A program made the translations under genes and the position numbers. From assembly GCA_964019425.1 (NCBI GenBank), contig OZ025803.1:1116001-1180000 (forward strand): 64,000 bases of DNA, written 5' to 3'. A model generated the notes under the pieces. The model had not been told where the DNA came from. It saw only the letters and a program-made list of their open reading frames with translations, and did not search any database. This stretch comes from Flectonema sp. DT1601 (lineage: Eukaryota). Below, one piece after another: positions 10,047-25,200 of this stretch (position 1 is its first letter; the number at the start of each line of letters is the position of its first letter).

Positions 10047-13000
10047 ATGGACCGAAGTGTCAGCCCCATTAGGTTGGTGGACAGGTCTCCAGCTCGGGGA
10101 GTGATGGGTCTCACGGAGTTAACAAATCGGTCGAACAGTATTGTGAACGACACCAGTCGAATGTTGATGGAATTGGAAGAAACAGCTGCAAACAACAGAC
10201 TGGCACACGAGAGAGCAACGAGACTGAGCCCGAGAGCTGGAGCAGCACCACCTCCGCTGACACCTTCCAGCATTCTGAGAACTGCATCTCCGCGTATTCC
10301 CATTTCAGTTCTGCCTTCATCAAGTGCATTGGCAACAGCTGATGCACGAGAAGAAGCAACCATGTTGAAAAAGGAATTGGCAAAGCAGACTGATCGTGTC
10401 CGAGACTGTGAAAAACAAAGACTGATGTCTGAAGCAGACTTAACAACGAAGTTAAATACGAAATCAAAACTTCTCGAGCGACTGAACGATGACTTACACA
10501 CTCTGGTTGGTAAGGACGCATCAAAAGAAGAAGTTCTTCTGAGGATGGAAATTGAAATGCGTCAACTACGTGACGCCCTCACTACCAGCACTGAAAGAGT
10601 TGTTTCTCTCGAAACGGAACTCGCTCGTAAAGATGCAACACTTCGATCGGTTGACACGGATTCTCACGCCTCAAGATTGACGTTAACGAAAGCTCAACAA
10701 GAACTCGATCGAATGGTCAAAGTAAAAGAGAAATTAGATGAAATGCTTGCAATCAATCAGAGAAGTCTCGCAGACTTACAACAGCAGGTCTCTGAGAAGG
10801 ATGTTTCCATCCTGAACCTCGAAACCGCTTTACGTGAAGTTGACGGTATGATAACCTTGTTTTATTATTCTTATTAAGTGAGAGTGAGTACCAACAAGTG
10901 ATTTAATGAACATGGCTTGTAGGCTGTCAATCCTATTGTTTTGCTCTTGGCGCAGCCCTTCGACCCTGTTCTCGCTTGTTTCACGAAGATCTGTTTTCTA
11001 TGATCCCTCAGTGTGCTATCTGCCATTGTTGAAAGATTCGAGGTTTCCTGTTCGATCTTATTCTGGCGTTCGTTAGTCGCACTTAACGCTGCAGACGCTG
11101 CATGTTCAAGTCTCCTCTGCCGTTCATTGGTTTGTCCCAAAGCTTCACTCCCTTGGCTCCAGGCAGTGCTAAACTCCTCCTTTGATAATAGCAAGCATTC
11201 CCTCCTTCACACAGAGCCTCGCAGAAGACTATCAAAAAGATCAACATCCTTACCCCATAATTTCCTTTCTTCTCTTCGGAACGGACGACACCTGTTGACT
11301 TGGCAGAATGTCGTTCATTCAGTAGCTTCCCGACACCTCACCGTCTGGTGCACCATTCGGTGCTCAGCTCCCCGCAGGCCTTGAAGATCTGTTTTCCGAG
11401 TCTGTCTGATGCCATCTGGGCCGTTACGACACTACTCCTTCAGTCTGGGGACTTTGGGAATTCTTGAATGCAACTTTTCTCGGCGAAAATCAAGAAAAAA
11501 AAAGAAATAAAAACAACCCAACAGGTCGCTCTGCTGATATAATGCGAGCCTTGGAAGACAAGGCTCGTGCTGATGCCGTTAGAATGGAGGAAATGGGAAA
11601 GAGAAACACTCACCTGTTGGGTGTTGTTGAATCATTGAAAAGAGACCTCTCTGATCTAACCAATGAGAAGAGTAGTATTGGTAATGATTTTAGTAATCAA
11701 TTAGAAAAGATGACTTACAATGATAAAACATTAAATGACAGATTACTAACAGCTCAGAAAACTATCGATTGTGTTGAAGCTCAACTAGCAGCTGTCAAAG
11801 CTGAACAGTTAACCAGCTCACAGGATGCTGCTGTTCGTCAACAAGAACTCGAAGCAGAGATTGAACGTCTGAATGATCTTTTATCTGAACATGTCGCATA
11901 CAACGCTCCAGGTGGTGGTAGTAGTGATGACAGTGCTAAAGTTAGAGCTCTCGAAGATAGACTTGATCAAATGATACTTGATGAGTCGAGTAATCAAGAA
12001 AGGTTTCATACTCTTCAAGCTGAAATTGAAAAACTAAAAGGTGATTCAAACAAGTACCGCGATGCTCATAAACGAGTTATTGCACAACTTGAACAAGAGA
12101 GAGTAACTCACAGGAACTCACTTGATGAGGCTTCACAAAAAGTCCGCGATGCAGAACGTCGCAGTCAAGAGGCAGAAGATGCTGTCCATACTTTGAAAGC
12201 TGAAAAACAGAGAATGCAGGATGAGGTCAACAGTCTTACGGCTGATTTAAAACTTTCTCAATCTCAGAGAGAGTTAGAAAGGAAACGACTCGACGAATCC
12301 CTCGCGTCTGCTCAAGAAAGAATCACATCAGCTAAGAGTGCCCAGGCTGAGGTTGAGCGTAAGAATGACCTTCTTCAGTCTCAATTCGATTCAATGTCTC
12401 AACAGTTATCTGAAGCTCAGGAAGCTCTCTCACGTGCGAAGGGATCTGCGGAACGACTCAGACAACAGCTCGACCAACAAACAGCTCGTCACAGTGAAGA
12501 AATATCACAACTACAGGATAAGTTACAAGACACAAATACTCAACTTGAAGAAACAGAAAGTCAGAGAATTAGAATAGAACTTCTTCACTCAAGGCTGTTA
12601 TCTGATAATGAATCTCTGAAGGCTGAACTCGCAAAGAAAGACGAAGCCCGTCTGAAGGCATTAGAAACCCTTGAACGTGAAAGAGATGAAGTCAGAGGGC
12701 GTATCGAGTCCGCACTCAGAGAATCTCGTGAGACGATGGAACATCTCCAACACGAGATTGAAAGTCTCACCAAACAACTCAGCGACACAAAACGTTTATT
12801 ACGAGACTCCCAAGAAACTATTCAGGAGCGCAAGGCTGAAAAGGATCGCCTCATGGCAGCCTATGAGGCTGAAAAGGAACAAACCCGTGCCAGCAATGCC
12901 GAAAAGCAGGCGGAACTCAAACGTCAGCTCCAGAAAGCTGAAAGTAAAGTTCAGACTTTAGAACTTCAAGGCCAGCGACTATCGACTCAAATAAAAGATT

Positions 13001-15020
13001 TAGAAGAAGAATTAGAAAGAGAGCGCCAGCGTTACAAACAAGCACAAGACCAACTTGATGAAGAGCGTCTCAATCACAGAAGGATGCAGTCAGATAGAAT
13101 TAATGATCTCAGAAATCAGATACAACAACTTCAAGACTCTCTCTCTGATAAGGATAATGAATTATCTGAAGCACTTCGAAAGATTGACGTCATTCAACTT
13201 GACTTAGAGCGAAACGAGAAGCAAGTTCGATCCCGGGTGATGGAATTAGATTCCACTGAGCAGCAGCATAAACGGGACCGGGACAATTGGCAACGTCAGC
13301 TTGAAGAATCTGATGGTGCGATGCAGAGACTATCGATAGATATCACAGAGTTAAAACAACAACTCGACGGATCCAATGACGAAGTCGAAAGATCAAAGCA
13401 GCAGACGAAACAACTGCAGTCAGATTCTGACCAGGCTGATGCTGACAAGCAGCGCAGAATTCAACAGCTGAGAGACAAGTTGAATGCTGCTGATGATTTG
13501 ACTACTCAACTGCAGCTTCAAATCCTCACATTGAGAGGACAAGTTGATGATGCAAATGATCAGGTGACTGAAGCTAATAAACAATCTCAACTCAAAGATG
13601 CTGAAGTGACTCGAATGGAAGATAAGCTCAAGAAGTACCAAAACGCTGGTGAACAACTTGCAGCCCTTCAGGAACAAAATGAAATCCTGGAAGACGAACT
13701 CAAAAAACTTCGCCGCGAACTCGAATCTTCCCTGGCCGAGACTGAAGACTACAAGAGACGCGCAGATAACTTCAAGGCCAGGAGAGAAGAAGACGAGAGT
13801 GCTATGGAGTCTCTTCGTCGTCAAAACAGCATGATCAATGAAAAGAGAAAATCTGAAAGAGACGAATACGAAGACGAACTTCGCAAAAAGAACGCAGAAC
13901 TCTTTTCTCTTAAAGAACAACTCACTCAAGCAATGAAGGAGAATGGAATTAAGCAACAGCTCGACGACTCAATTAAAAAGGTCGACGAATGGAAAAAACA
14001 CGCAAATGAGCTCACATCTCAAAACGAAACCTTACTCACGCAGATTCAGGAAATGCAAACTACGAAGGCCTCACCAGAAGAGATGCAGCAAAAGGATGAA
14101 GAGATCAGCGACCTGCTTGCGAAGTTGAACGCTGCGATGGAGCAGCGACAGGTTGACTCCCTTCGTATTACTGAACTTGAACAAAGGTTACAGGATTTAG
14201 AAACTGAGAATCAAGCTCTCGGTGACAAGAGTAAGGAACTGGAACAGCAGTCTAACGAACTCCGTTTCTTGATTGGTACCAGAGCTCAACTTGTAGAGCA
14301 AATTATGAAACTTCGCGAGAGCATTCAAAATACAAGAAATGAACTCATGAAGATAACTCGCGAGAAAACATACAAGAAGCTCGCTTCTGGTGTTGCGGCT
14401 GCGACTGCTAAGAGTGACAAGGCTGTCGTCGACTTCACTCAATCGACTCTCAAGAAGATTGACTTGTCGAAGAAGTTGGTTGGTGTAATCGTCGGAAAGT
14501 ACTTTACGTCTTATGAGAAACTGCAACACGGATCGTCTTCAGGTCACTACGCAGTTGCACATGATCCACAGTCAGAGATGTTTGGAACTACTGACGTTAA
14601 GGAAGCCTACGTAGAGCCTGGTGATGGCAGCACTCAACCATCACCAAAATCAGTTCCTACTCCGATGCCAATTGGTAGTTCAATTGGAGGATCTATTAAG
14701 TATGTCTTTGAATAGCATCATTGAAGTATTATAGGAGAAAGAATTAAATTAAAATAACTAATTTATCAAACAGGAACTTAGACGGGATCGGTATGGTCGG
14801 TCTTAAGGAAGAATCGGGGACAGCTACCAGTACACCAACTGGGAGCCCTCGAGTACCTGTGAGAGGTTTGTTCTTTTTAAGGATTTTAGTATTCATCTGA
14901 GTGTGTAATTATTAAAAATATTTATTAAAACAACAAACAGATCCAACTAAGAAACCTCTCACGAAGAAAAGTAGTCAAAGCAAGATTGTCACTCGTACGT
15001 CTGTTAGGTCGTCGAAGTAG
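10047..15020 (+). CDS. Large coiled-coil (cytoskeletal-type) protein, ~1381 aa, 4 exons (introns 10846-11524, 14700-14773, 14866-14940)
   Basis: ORFs 10005-10877 and 11464-14715 join in phase via G|GTATG...ACAG|GT. Two short 3' introns lead to TAG at 15018-15020. The sequence is heptad-rich in E/Q/K/R/L. Confidence 0.85.
10877..11482 (-). other. Foreign, decayed coding-like insertion in intron 1 of the coiled-coil gene (possible transposon remnant)
   Basis: This intron is 679 nt against a typical 58-83 nt. Its core is more GC-rich and carries broken antisense reading frames (e.g. 10874-11194). Boundaries are approximate and no TIR/TSD was seen. Confidence 0.45.
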
Positions 15021-16281
15021 TTGAGGTGATCTTTTTGTTCTTTCCTTTTCCCCTCCACAATACTTACTTATTTCTATTCTCTCTCTTTTTATTTTTTTGA
15101 CCAACTTACTGAGAGATCCTTTTTTATAAAAAATATGGATCTGAGTTTCTTCTGTCTACACATCGGCAGTTCTTTGGAGTCGAGTAGGTTGAGTGGTGTC
15201 TTCGATTATCGAAATCTAGCCTGAAACTTATTTTACTCTGATTGAAAAAAAAAAAAAGGTCATCAGAAAAAAAAAAAAAAAAAAACCAAAATGTTGGCGC
15301 TACTAACACTTGTTTACGAGAAGCAGATTTTTTTTTTTTTTGAATTCTTTTGTTTCCCCGCAGTTCTTGTCCTTTTATTCTCTTTTTAATTTAAAAAATA
15401 TCCTTCCTTTCGGGCGATGTTGTCCAGCCTACTCCCCATCTGTAAACTACACTACTGTATTGGCTACTTTATATTTAACGATCCTTATTCCGTACTTCAC
15501 CTAAAGTGGTATATGTGCGCAGACAGCTGCTTTCAGTGGGGATTTTTGCACGAATTTTCAACTTCGTTGTTGTTACTGTTGGTTGCAAATACAGTTTTTT
15601 TTTTTTTTTTTTTTTTTGAATCTTTTTTTTCCCCTTTATTAACACAGTAACCCTCCCCCAAAAATTTCTTTTTTGTACTAGAATTTTATTTTTTATTTAT
15701 TTTTGGTTTTTTTTTTTTTTTTTTGCACACAACGGATTTTTTTCCTTTTTTTTTTGTATGAGTTTTTTTTAAAATAAAATAAAATACTTTTACTAACTAT
15801 TTATTAGTTCGTAATTTTGGTATAATAAGTTAGGCAAAAGATGGAAAAAGCTGAAAATTATCGTCCAGTAGTTAAATTATATTTCTTCAGATGAAGTTAA
15901 TCCAACAGTCCATCTCTGAGTCTTCGGAAACGACTCGTATTCTAACTTAAAAATAAATAAATAAAACTGTTGAACAGGATGTGTGAACCATCTGTCTGTA
16001 ATTAAATACAGCAGAACTCTGGTCTATTATGTGATGTTGCATTGGTTCACTTTTTTTTTTTGTGTTTTTAAAAAAAAGTAAAGTTATCTACTTGTTCTTT
16101 CTCTCTTGTTGTTTCATCCCTGTTGATATGTTTATCCTTTTCCCCTCTCACTGTCCCTATCGTAGAATACTCCTTGCGTTGTTTTGGATTATGAAAAGAA
16201 TTGATTAGAAGAATTAATTTATGTTATTTATTTAATGTTATTACTCATCTCTTTTATAGTCAATTCAGTCAGTTAGAGAAC

Positions 16282-19200
16282 ATGGCTGAGATCATTCCTC
16301 TCCCTCCTCGACGTCAAGTTCATCGTCGTCTCCATCGACTTGGATACTACTGTTCTACTGAGAGTTCACCAACTGAATTAAATAATGATGAAGCATTAAA
16401 TCAACTGTTGCGGATTAGTGTTTTCGCATCAATTAAAAATCAACATGAGAGGGAAGAGATGTGTAAAAACATATTAAAAACAGCACCAAAAATAGTATTG
16501 TTAGGTGGGGATAAATTAGTACGCCAAGGTGTTGGTGGAGGGAAGACATATTTACTACTAAAAGGAACAGCTGTTTCGTACAACGTTGACGGGTCAACTG
16601 ACGTGATGAAGTCTGAAAGTGTGATTGATCTTCTTGAACTCTACAGAGCGTGTCCTCGACTCTCAACAGTCGTAGTGACGTCTGAAGAGCTTCTTGCAAT
16701 TCAAATCTCAAGGAGGATTTTTAAAGCCTCCTCACGAAGTCTTTCTGCTGACTCCAGCAGAGATGTCGAAGATCATTTTAGAAAATTATTTAATAAATTC
16801 ATATCAAAAACATTTTTATCAAAAATGAACTTCTTTGACGGAGGTAAACAAATACCTCCAAAACTATTCGAAAGTTTTGACACGGTAACTTATAATAAAC
16901 ATGAAGAGATTCCTCACAGTACTCAATTGACAATAATATTACGTGGGAGTATAGCCATGTATAGTTCACGTGAAGAAATTCCCATAAATTACACCGAACC
17001 TGAACAACTCATACGAAGTCATCACGACGTCTTAGACATTTCTACGAGGGGAGCTTACGGAGAGTTACAAAAAGCAAAGAAAGACATCAACAGCAAGTAC
17101 CTTCTCAACATAACGGGATCTCAGCCTCACGGTGCTGATCAAACTTCACTTTTATTAAAAAAAACAAATTCTGAAAGGGATACATTCGCTTCAGATACTC
17201 TTTTCGACTTGTCTCCTAACCTTATGAGTACAAGATTAAGTGAAGCTAGGGGTAGCAGTGCCTATGCTGCATCTTTTTTAAAAGGAATAGGAAATAATGA
17301 CCTCAATGAACAACAGAGTACTGCCGCACAATTAAACTTTTTAGATTCAGAACAGATGAAGTTACTTATGAATGAAGAGATCAGTTCCATTGGAATACCA
17401 AAACAGAAACTCAATAAAATTCAAAAAGCACCTCCTACTCCTCTTCCGATTGGGATTGATATCCTAAACAGCTCCTCAAGACATAAGGGATCTAATACAG
17501 TTGTTGTTGATTCGAATGTTGGTATTCTACTTGAAGGAAGTTCCGTATCAGAACTATCTCTGCTACACGACGTTCCGAGAACTGGTCATCTGATCGCGAG
17601 AACGCATTGCATCGCATTGAGAGTGACGTCTTCAAATTTTAAAAAGCTGATTAGGTTTGATCAGTGTCCTGTTTCTATTGGAAAGGGAATTACTTCAAGA
17701 TCTGAAAAGACTTATGAAAAGTTTATTATATTGAGAAACTTATCAAAAGTAACTCTGTTGACAATACCGGAGTTCTCGGATCCAGTTGTGGCTTCTCGAG
17801 GACCGCAGTGGTTCCTGAGGAGAATAAGCGAAGAAGTCAAATTCGTAACTTTCAGCACCGACGAAATCATCTCTGAAATGTATGAATCAAAAGTAGATTT
17901 AGCGATTCTAATCAGAGGGAAGGTCAGAGTAGAAACTCAAATAGGAACCACCACCTCCTACAGATATTTAGGAGATGAGAGCTGCCACGGAGAACTCAAT
18001 TTATTGTATGACATGCCTCGAACAGAACGGTTGGTTGCAGAGTCTGAATGTTCTTGTGTTTTACTTCAGAAGAAAGACTTTGAGAAAGTACTAACAGAAG
18101 CAAAGTATAATAAAGAATCTTTAACATCTCTCTGGTTAGATGAATACCGTAGTGTACTCGCTAATTTGATAACAGTAAGGTCAAAAGTCTTTTCATCTTG
18201 GCAACAAGCGATGGACGTGGCGAGCGTATGTATTCCGCAGACAAGTATTGCTGTTGATATTAATATCCCAAATATGAGTCACGCTACTCAGAATTTTGGA
18301 GGTTCATTCTGTAACCCATTTGGTAGTGTTGGGATTGATAACAACACGTCAGCTAGTTTAAACCTCCCGGCGTTGACTTCTATTTGTCAGACGAATGATA
18401 ATTTAATATCGCAACCCACGCGGATGGGATCAAAAACTTTTACTATTCCGAGTCTAAGAAGTTTTGTAAGTGGGTCTGAAGGCAGCTCACCCAATAGTCC
18501 AAAGTGTCTAGTTCTCAGTGATGAGGTGGAATCACCTCGTGGGATTAGAGCAAAGCTGAGGTCTCCTTCTAATGAAAATGATGGGTCGGAACCTCTCAAA
18601 AAAAGTTCAAAATCGATTTTACAAACTCACGTTGCCGGAACGGTTCTCAGCAATCCAGATAACGGAGATCTTAATGAACATATTATTATTGTTGTTAATG
18701 GAAAGGTTCGAATTAAACATCAACAAGACGTTGATGATAATCTTAAGAATGATCTCATCTTACGAGACGGTGATATCTACGGAGACGTGGCAGTCTTCTG
18801 TCCAACTCCTCGACACTTAGAAGTTATTTGTGAACTTGACACCACTGTCTGTATACTCGATAAGACTGATATTCCTTCAGCTGTTGTTGAACAAGTCGAA
18901 TCTCGTGCATGGCAATATTTAAGAAATGAAATATTATTTGAGATCCTTTCTAATATAAATGTTTTCGTATCTGTTGGTCGTGGGTTGGTTAAAACATTAG
19001 CTCAGAAGTTAGTTTATAAAGTGTACCATCCTCGGGATTATGTTCTACTAGAAGGGTCAGATGGATATCAATCGATGTATTTAATATCGAAGGGGAGTGT
19101 GAATGTTACTGTTGATGGTCTTTACTCATCATCACTTAGGGATGGTAGTCATTTTAATATTTTAGGAATGTTGCATGCAACTCCTAGAAAGTTTACTTTG

Positions 19201-22200
19201 GCAGCTACGAAATCAACTCATGTGTTCTCAATAACTCGTCAAGACTTTACCAATTGCCTTCGAAACAAACACCCCAACAGCTATAGTGCTTTTATTTTCC
19301 GAAGTGCTGCATTGTTTCACACTGCTACACTGCAGATCCTCGTTAACGCGGTTCCGCTATTTGCTAATGCATCGACTCAGATGCAAGGTTTGTATTTATT
19401 ATTAAAACTATTTGAGTTGACTGATGCGATTGATTTTATATTACAATCCGCCTAACAAAACAGAAATGCTAAGCGAGTGTCTAAAGCACTCAATGTATGA
19501 AGCAGGATCAACAGTTGTAGAACAGGGAGAGGGAGGTGATGGGATGTATTTCATAAGCAGAGGTAAGCTCTCCGTCTCAATTGATGATGTTGTTGTGAAG
19601 ATAATAAAAGACGGCGACTTCTTTGGGGAAGTCGCTTTATTTTACGACACTCCGAGAACAGCGACAGTCACTGCAGAAAGTCACAGCCACCTATTCGCTC
19701 TCAGCAAGGAAGACTTCGTTAACGTCGCTACTCAGTTCCCACTTGAGAATAATGTGATAAAGAAGATGGCTGAAAATAGATTTTATGATTTTGTTTTATC
19801 GATTTTAGTTAAGAAAGTTCCGTTGTTTGCTTCTGCGTCAGTCGCTTTCTTAAATGATTTACTGAGGAAGTTAGAATCTAAAATGTACAACAGCGGTGAA
19901 GTTGTCATTAATCAAGACGACACTGGTGAGGAGATGTATTTCGTATCTCGTGGGGAACTCGACATCTGCGTCAACGGTAAGAATGGTTTGAATTTATTTC
20001 ATTCATCTTTTGTTTTCTTAAAAATAATAAAACAAAACAACTCAAAACAGTCCATTCTCTTAAAGACGGTGATTTCTTTGGTGAGATAGCCTTAGTGTAC
20101 GACACGCCTCGAACTGCGTCAATTACAGCAGCGGTAAGTACACAAGTTTTCGTACTAAATAGAACTGACCTCCACAGTGTGATGAGGAAATATAAACAAG
20201 AAGGTCAACAGATATTAACAATTAGTAGACAAAGGTTGAATAAGTGTGTTTTGAATGACTTGATTAGAAAGGTTCCCATGTTCAAATTTTGCAAATCCGA
20301 CGATTTCATTTCTAAGATTGTTGACTGTCTTGTCCCAAGAGGATATGCTGCAGGTGACCTCATCGTTGAGGAAGGAAATGGAGGCGACGAAATGTACTTT
20401 GTTTCAAGAGGTGAGTTGCATGTGACTGTCGGTGGTGTTGTTATCAACAGAATGCAAGACGGGGATTTCTTTGGTGAAATCGCTCTCATATTTGACACAC
20501 CCCGAACGGCTACCATCACCGCAGCAACAAAAACACAAGTCTTCGTTCTTCATAGAAAACAATTCGCAAGTGTTCGAGTACTCTACGTTGACGATTCTCA
20601 TATAATACATCACACGGCTTTATCTAGACTTCGTTTATATACTTTGACTGACCTTATTAGAAAGGTTCCAATGTTTAATAGCTGTAGGGATAGCGTACTT
20701 ATAAAGGATATCTCAGAGATGTTACTTCCGAAAACATTCATCGAAGGGGAGAAGATCATAAGTGAAGGAGAAGGTGGTGATGAAATGTATTTTGTCAGCA
20801 GAGGTCGATTACAAGTAATTATTGATGGAAAGATTGTTCACAAGTTAACAGATGGTGATTTCTTTGGTGAAGTTTCATTGGTGTTTGATGCGCCTCGGAC
20901 AGCTTCTATCGTTGCTGAGACTAAGGGATCGCTTTTTGTTTTGAAAAAATCAAGTTTTCAGAGTGTGACATCCGCATACCCTGAAGAGACTTCGTACATT
21001 CGAACTTGTGCTCTCACTCGATTTCATGACATCTACCTGACGATGATTAAGAAGGTTCCTCTGTTCTCAAATGTTATGATGGGAAACAATCTATTCGTCA
21101 CGTCTTTAATTGAATTATTAAAACCTGCTCGTCATTCTCAAGGTACTTATGTTGTACGAGAAGGTGAGGGGGGTAGTGAAATGTATTTTATTCTGCGGGG
21201 ACAGCTTGCGTTGACAATTGGTGATCAATATATAGGTTTGTGTTTGTGTTTATTGTTCAACGCGGATAACTTAATGAGGACATTAAAATAACAACAACAG
21301 GACGTCTTCGTGACGGGGACTACTTTGGAGAGGTAGCCTTGCTGTACGACACTCCGAGAACGGCTTCTATTTATGTTGAGTTAGATTCTCAATTTCTGGT
21401 ACTCAGTCAGGAAGACTTCTTAAAGTGCGTTGTTCAGTTTCCACAGTTCCATAAAGAAGTTCAGCAACAGGCTGATGTCAGACTTCGAAATTTTGTCCTA
21501 CTTCAGATGGTTGAGAAAGTCCCGCTCTTCTATCACTGCGGAAGAGAGTTCAGTGAAGACTTAACTCAGTTACTACAACCCAGACTTGTTGAGAAGGATT
21601 TCATTATTATGAAGGAACACGAAGCAGGTAATGAAATGTTCTTTATATGTCGAGGTGAGGTAAGTATGCACAGAGATGGTGAATTCCTAGCCAGGGTTAC
21701 TGACGGAGGAATCTTTGGTGAGATCTCACTTGTTTACGACACCGCTCGTGTTGCGACTATCACGGCCACAGTGAAGACTCACTTGTTCGTTTTGAGTAAA
21801 AATGATTTCGATGTTGTAATGAAAAGATACCCTCGAGCTGCACGACTTCTCCTCGGTGTTGCAAAAGAAAGATTTCTTCAAATAGTTCTTCTTGATTTGG
21901 TTCGGAAGGTTCCTATCTTCAAAACAACAGATACTGTGAAACCAAACATGTCATTCTTGAAAGAAATCACATCTCGTTTGATCCCAAAACACTTCAACGC
22001 TGATGAGATCGTCGTCCTGGAGGGTGAAGGTGGTGATAAAATGTACTTCGTAAGCAACGGTAAGCTGCAGATAACACAACAGGGAAGTCCTCGTATGCTA
22101 TTTTATATTTTAATTACAGTCACTCACAACTACTAATTAAATACCACAACTACAGTATTCATCTTAGCAGACGGTGACTTCTTTGGTGAGATAGCCTTGG

Positions 22201-25200
22201 TGTACGACACTCCCAGAACAGCAACAATCACTTCAGTGACTAACTCACAATTATATATCTTAACCAGATCAGATTTCCACGACGTTATTATGACCTACCC
22301 GGATGAATCAGAAGGCATTGTAGAGATAGCAAAGAAACGTCTTCATGAACACGTCTTGAATGATTTCGTCAGAGATGTTCCACTCTTTGCGAGCTGCTCT
22401 GAGGAATTAGTAACTCAAATTGTTAGCGCCCTCCACCCATCAGTCGTTGATGGTGTTGTTATTTCTGAAGGAATGGGTGGAAATGAAATGTATTTCATAA
22501 GTAGAGGTCGACTTAATGTCTCATTAGGTGACAAGGAAGAGATTGTTCACAGACTTCAAGACGGTGATTTCTTTGGTGAAATCGCTCTTTTGTATGACAC
22601 GCCTCGAACAGCGACTATCACGACAGATGGTCCTGCTCAGTTATATATTTTAAGAAGAAATCAATTCTTATCAATTATCGAAACAAACAGCGAGGTCGCT
22701 GAAAGCATTAGAGAAGTAGCTCTCAATCGTTTTCGTGCAATCGTATTGGAAGATATCATATCAAAGATTCCTTTATTCTCTGATGATGATGATGACTCCA
22801 CATCGACTGAATCATTCCTTCAAGAAGTCGTCAAAAGATTAAAAATTAGATCATTCGAAAAGGACACTTTTATAATAAAAGAAGGTGAGGGAGGTGAGGA
22901 AATGTTTTTTGTTTCCAGAGGGAAGTTATTAGTTTACTCAAATGGAAAGCTGGTTGGAAAGCTCAAAGACGGAGGATTCTTTGGTGAGGTAGCTCTTCTT
23001 TACGACACTCCCAGAACAGCGAGTATCAGAGCTGAAACAAAAACTCAGCTATTCGAACTTTCAAAGAAAGATTTCGAAGAAGCTATCAAACCATTTCCTT
23101 TGAAGTCATCAAAAGTACAGTCGATTGCTAAAGAACGATTTCGTAAGTTCGTATTAGGAGATATGGTCAGAAAGGTTCCTTTATTCACGAGATGTAAAAC
23201 AACTGAAATGATAGAGGAAGTAATTGACCTCCTCCAACCTCAACTGTTTCCAGCAAACAGTACCGTCATCCAAGAAGGGGAAGGGGGATCTGAAATGTTT
23301 TTTATTTCAAGAGGTTCTCTCTCTGTTCTTAATTCCAAAGGAAATCAAGTCCACAGACTTGTTGATGGGAATTTCTTTGGTGAGATCGCAATGTTATTTG
23401 ACACTCCTCGAACAGCATCAGTGGTTACGTTAGTAGACAGTTACCTGTTCTCATTATCTGGTGAAGCATTTCGTGATGTTATAAAGAAATATCCTCATGA
23501 AGCAGCGTGGACTCGAGAAATAGCGGAATCACGTCTTCGTAAACATGTTTTACAAGACATCGTTAAGAATGTTCCGATATTTGCTTCTTGTAAAGAAGAT
23601 GCTTTCTTAACCAACATTGTGAGCCACTTAAAACCAAGAGGGTACTCTGAAGGACAAACTGTTATAACCGAAGGAGAAGGTGGTGATGAAATGTTTTTCA
23701 TCTCAAGAGGTGAACTCGAAATCATGTCTTCTAACGGAACAATATTACGAACCCTTCGCGATGGTGAGTTCTTTGGTGAGGTCGCTTTAGTGTTCGACAC
23801 TCCGAGAACAGCGACTATTAGAGCTGCTGCGAAAAGTCAACTTTTTGTTTTATCAAAAAAAGACTTCCAATCCGTCATTGAAACCAATCCAGCGATCGGA
23901 AAATCGATTCAAACGATCGCCAGGGAGAGGTTTTGTGGATTCGTGTTGACGGAGTTCGTGAGAAGAGTTCCTTTATTCCAATATTGTAGTCAGGACTTTA
24001 TTAATTGTTTAGTCGATAAAATGGAACCGAGTTCATTCGAAACTGGAGACATAATAATAAAAGAAGGACACGGAGGACAACAAATGTACTTCGTCAACAG
24101 AGGAATCCTCAACGTTGTTGTTGGTTCCGATGGAGGGGAAATTGTTCATACGATGAAAGACGGTGACTTTTTCGGTGAAGTCGCACTCGTATTTGAAACA
24201 CCGCGGACAGCGAGTATAATAGCCACTACTAAATCACAATTATTTATATTAACGAAGGATGACTTCAATTCAGTTATCAATGAATTCCCTTCTGAGTCAG
24301 ACAGAATCAGAGCCGTTGCTTCTGAAAGATTTCTACAATTCATCCTCCACGACATCGTTAAGAAGGTTCCTTTCTTCTCTGAATGTAAGTCAAGTGAGTT
24401 TTTAAGTCAAATAGTTCAGCTTCTCATTCTAAAAACTTACGAACAAAACGATCTAATTGTTGAAGAAGGAGAAGGTGGTGATGAAATGTATTTTGTTAGC
24501 AGAGGTGTTTTAGATGTTTTTGTATGCGGAGAGAAGGTCACTAAATTATGTGACGGCGACTTCTTTGGTGAGGTAGCTCTCGTATACGACACTCCTCGCA
24601 CCGCTTCAATTATTGCAGTTGAGAAGTCACAATTATATATTTTAACAAAAGAAGACTTAAATCGAGCTCTGATAGACCATCCTGAAGAAGTTCAAACCAT
24701 TAGCATCTCTGCGAGTATTCGATTAAAACAGTTCGTACTCTTTGATTTAGTAAGAAAGATTCCAATGTTCAAGGAGTGTACTGATCAAAGTATTATTTAC
24801 GAACTAGTCGATTTCTTATCACCCAGAAGTTGTATTGAGAACACTACTATCGTATCACAGCAACACGGTGGTGATGAAATGTACTTCGTAAGCAGAGGAC
24901 AGTTAGCAGTAGTAGTCGATAATAAAACTGTTCACACACTCAAAGACGGTGATTTCTTTGGTGAAGTAGCTCTCGTGTATGATACGCCTCGTACAGCAAC
25001 AATCACATGTTTGTGTCAGACTCAGTTATTCGTACTGACTAGGAGAGATTTTAATGCGGTCATTGAAAAATACGCCGGCACCCCAATTCATACGGCGATC
25101 TATAAAATATCTTCTCACAGATTCAAACGTTACGTACTAACAACACTCGTTGCTAAGGTTCCGATGTTCGAAGGGGTTTCTCAGGAATTTATTCACAGCG

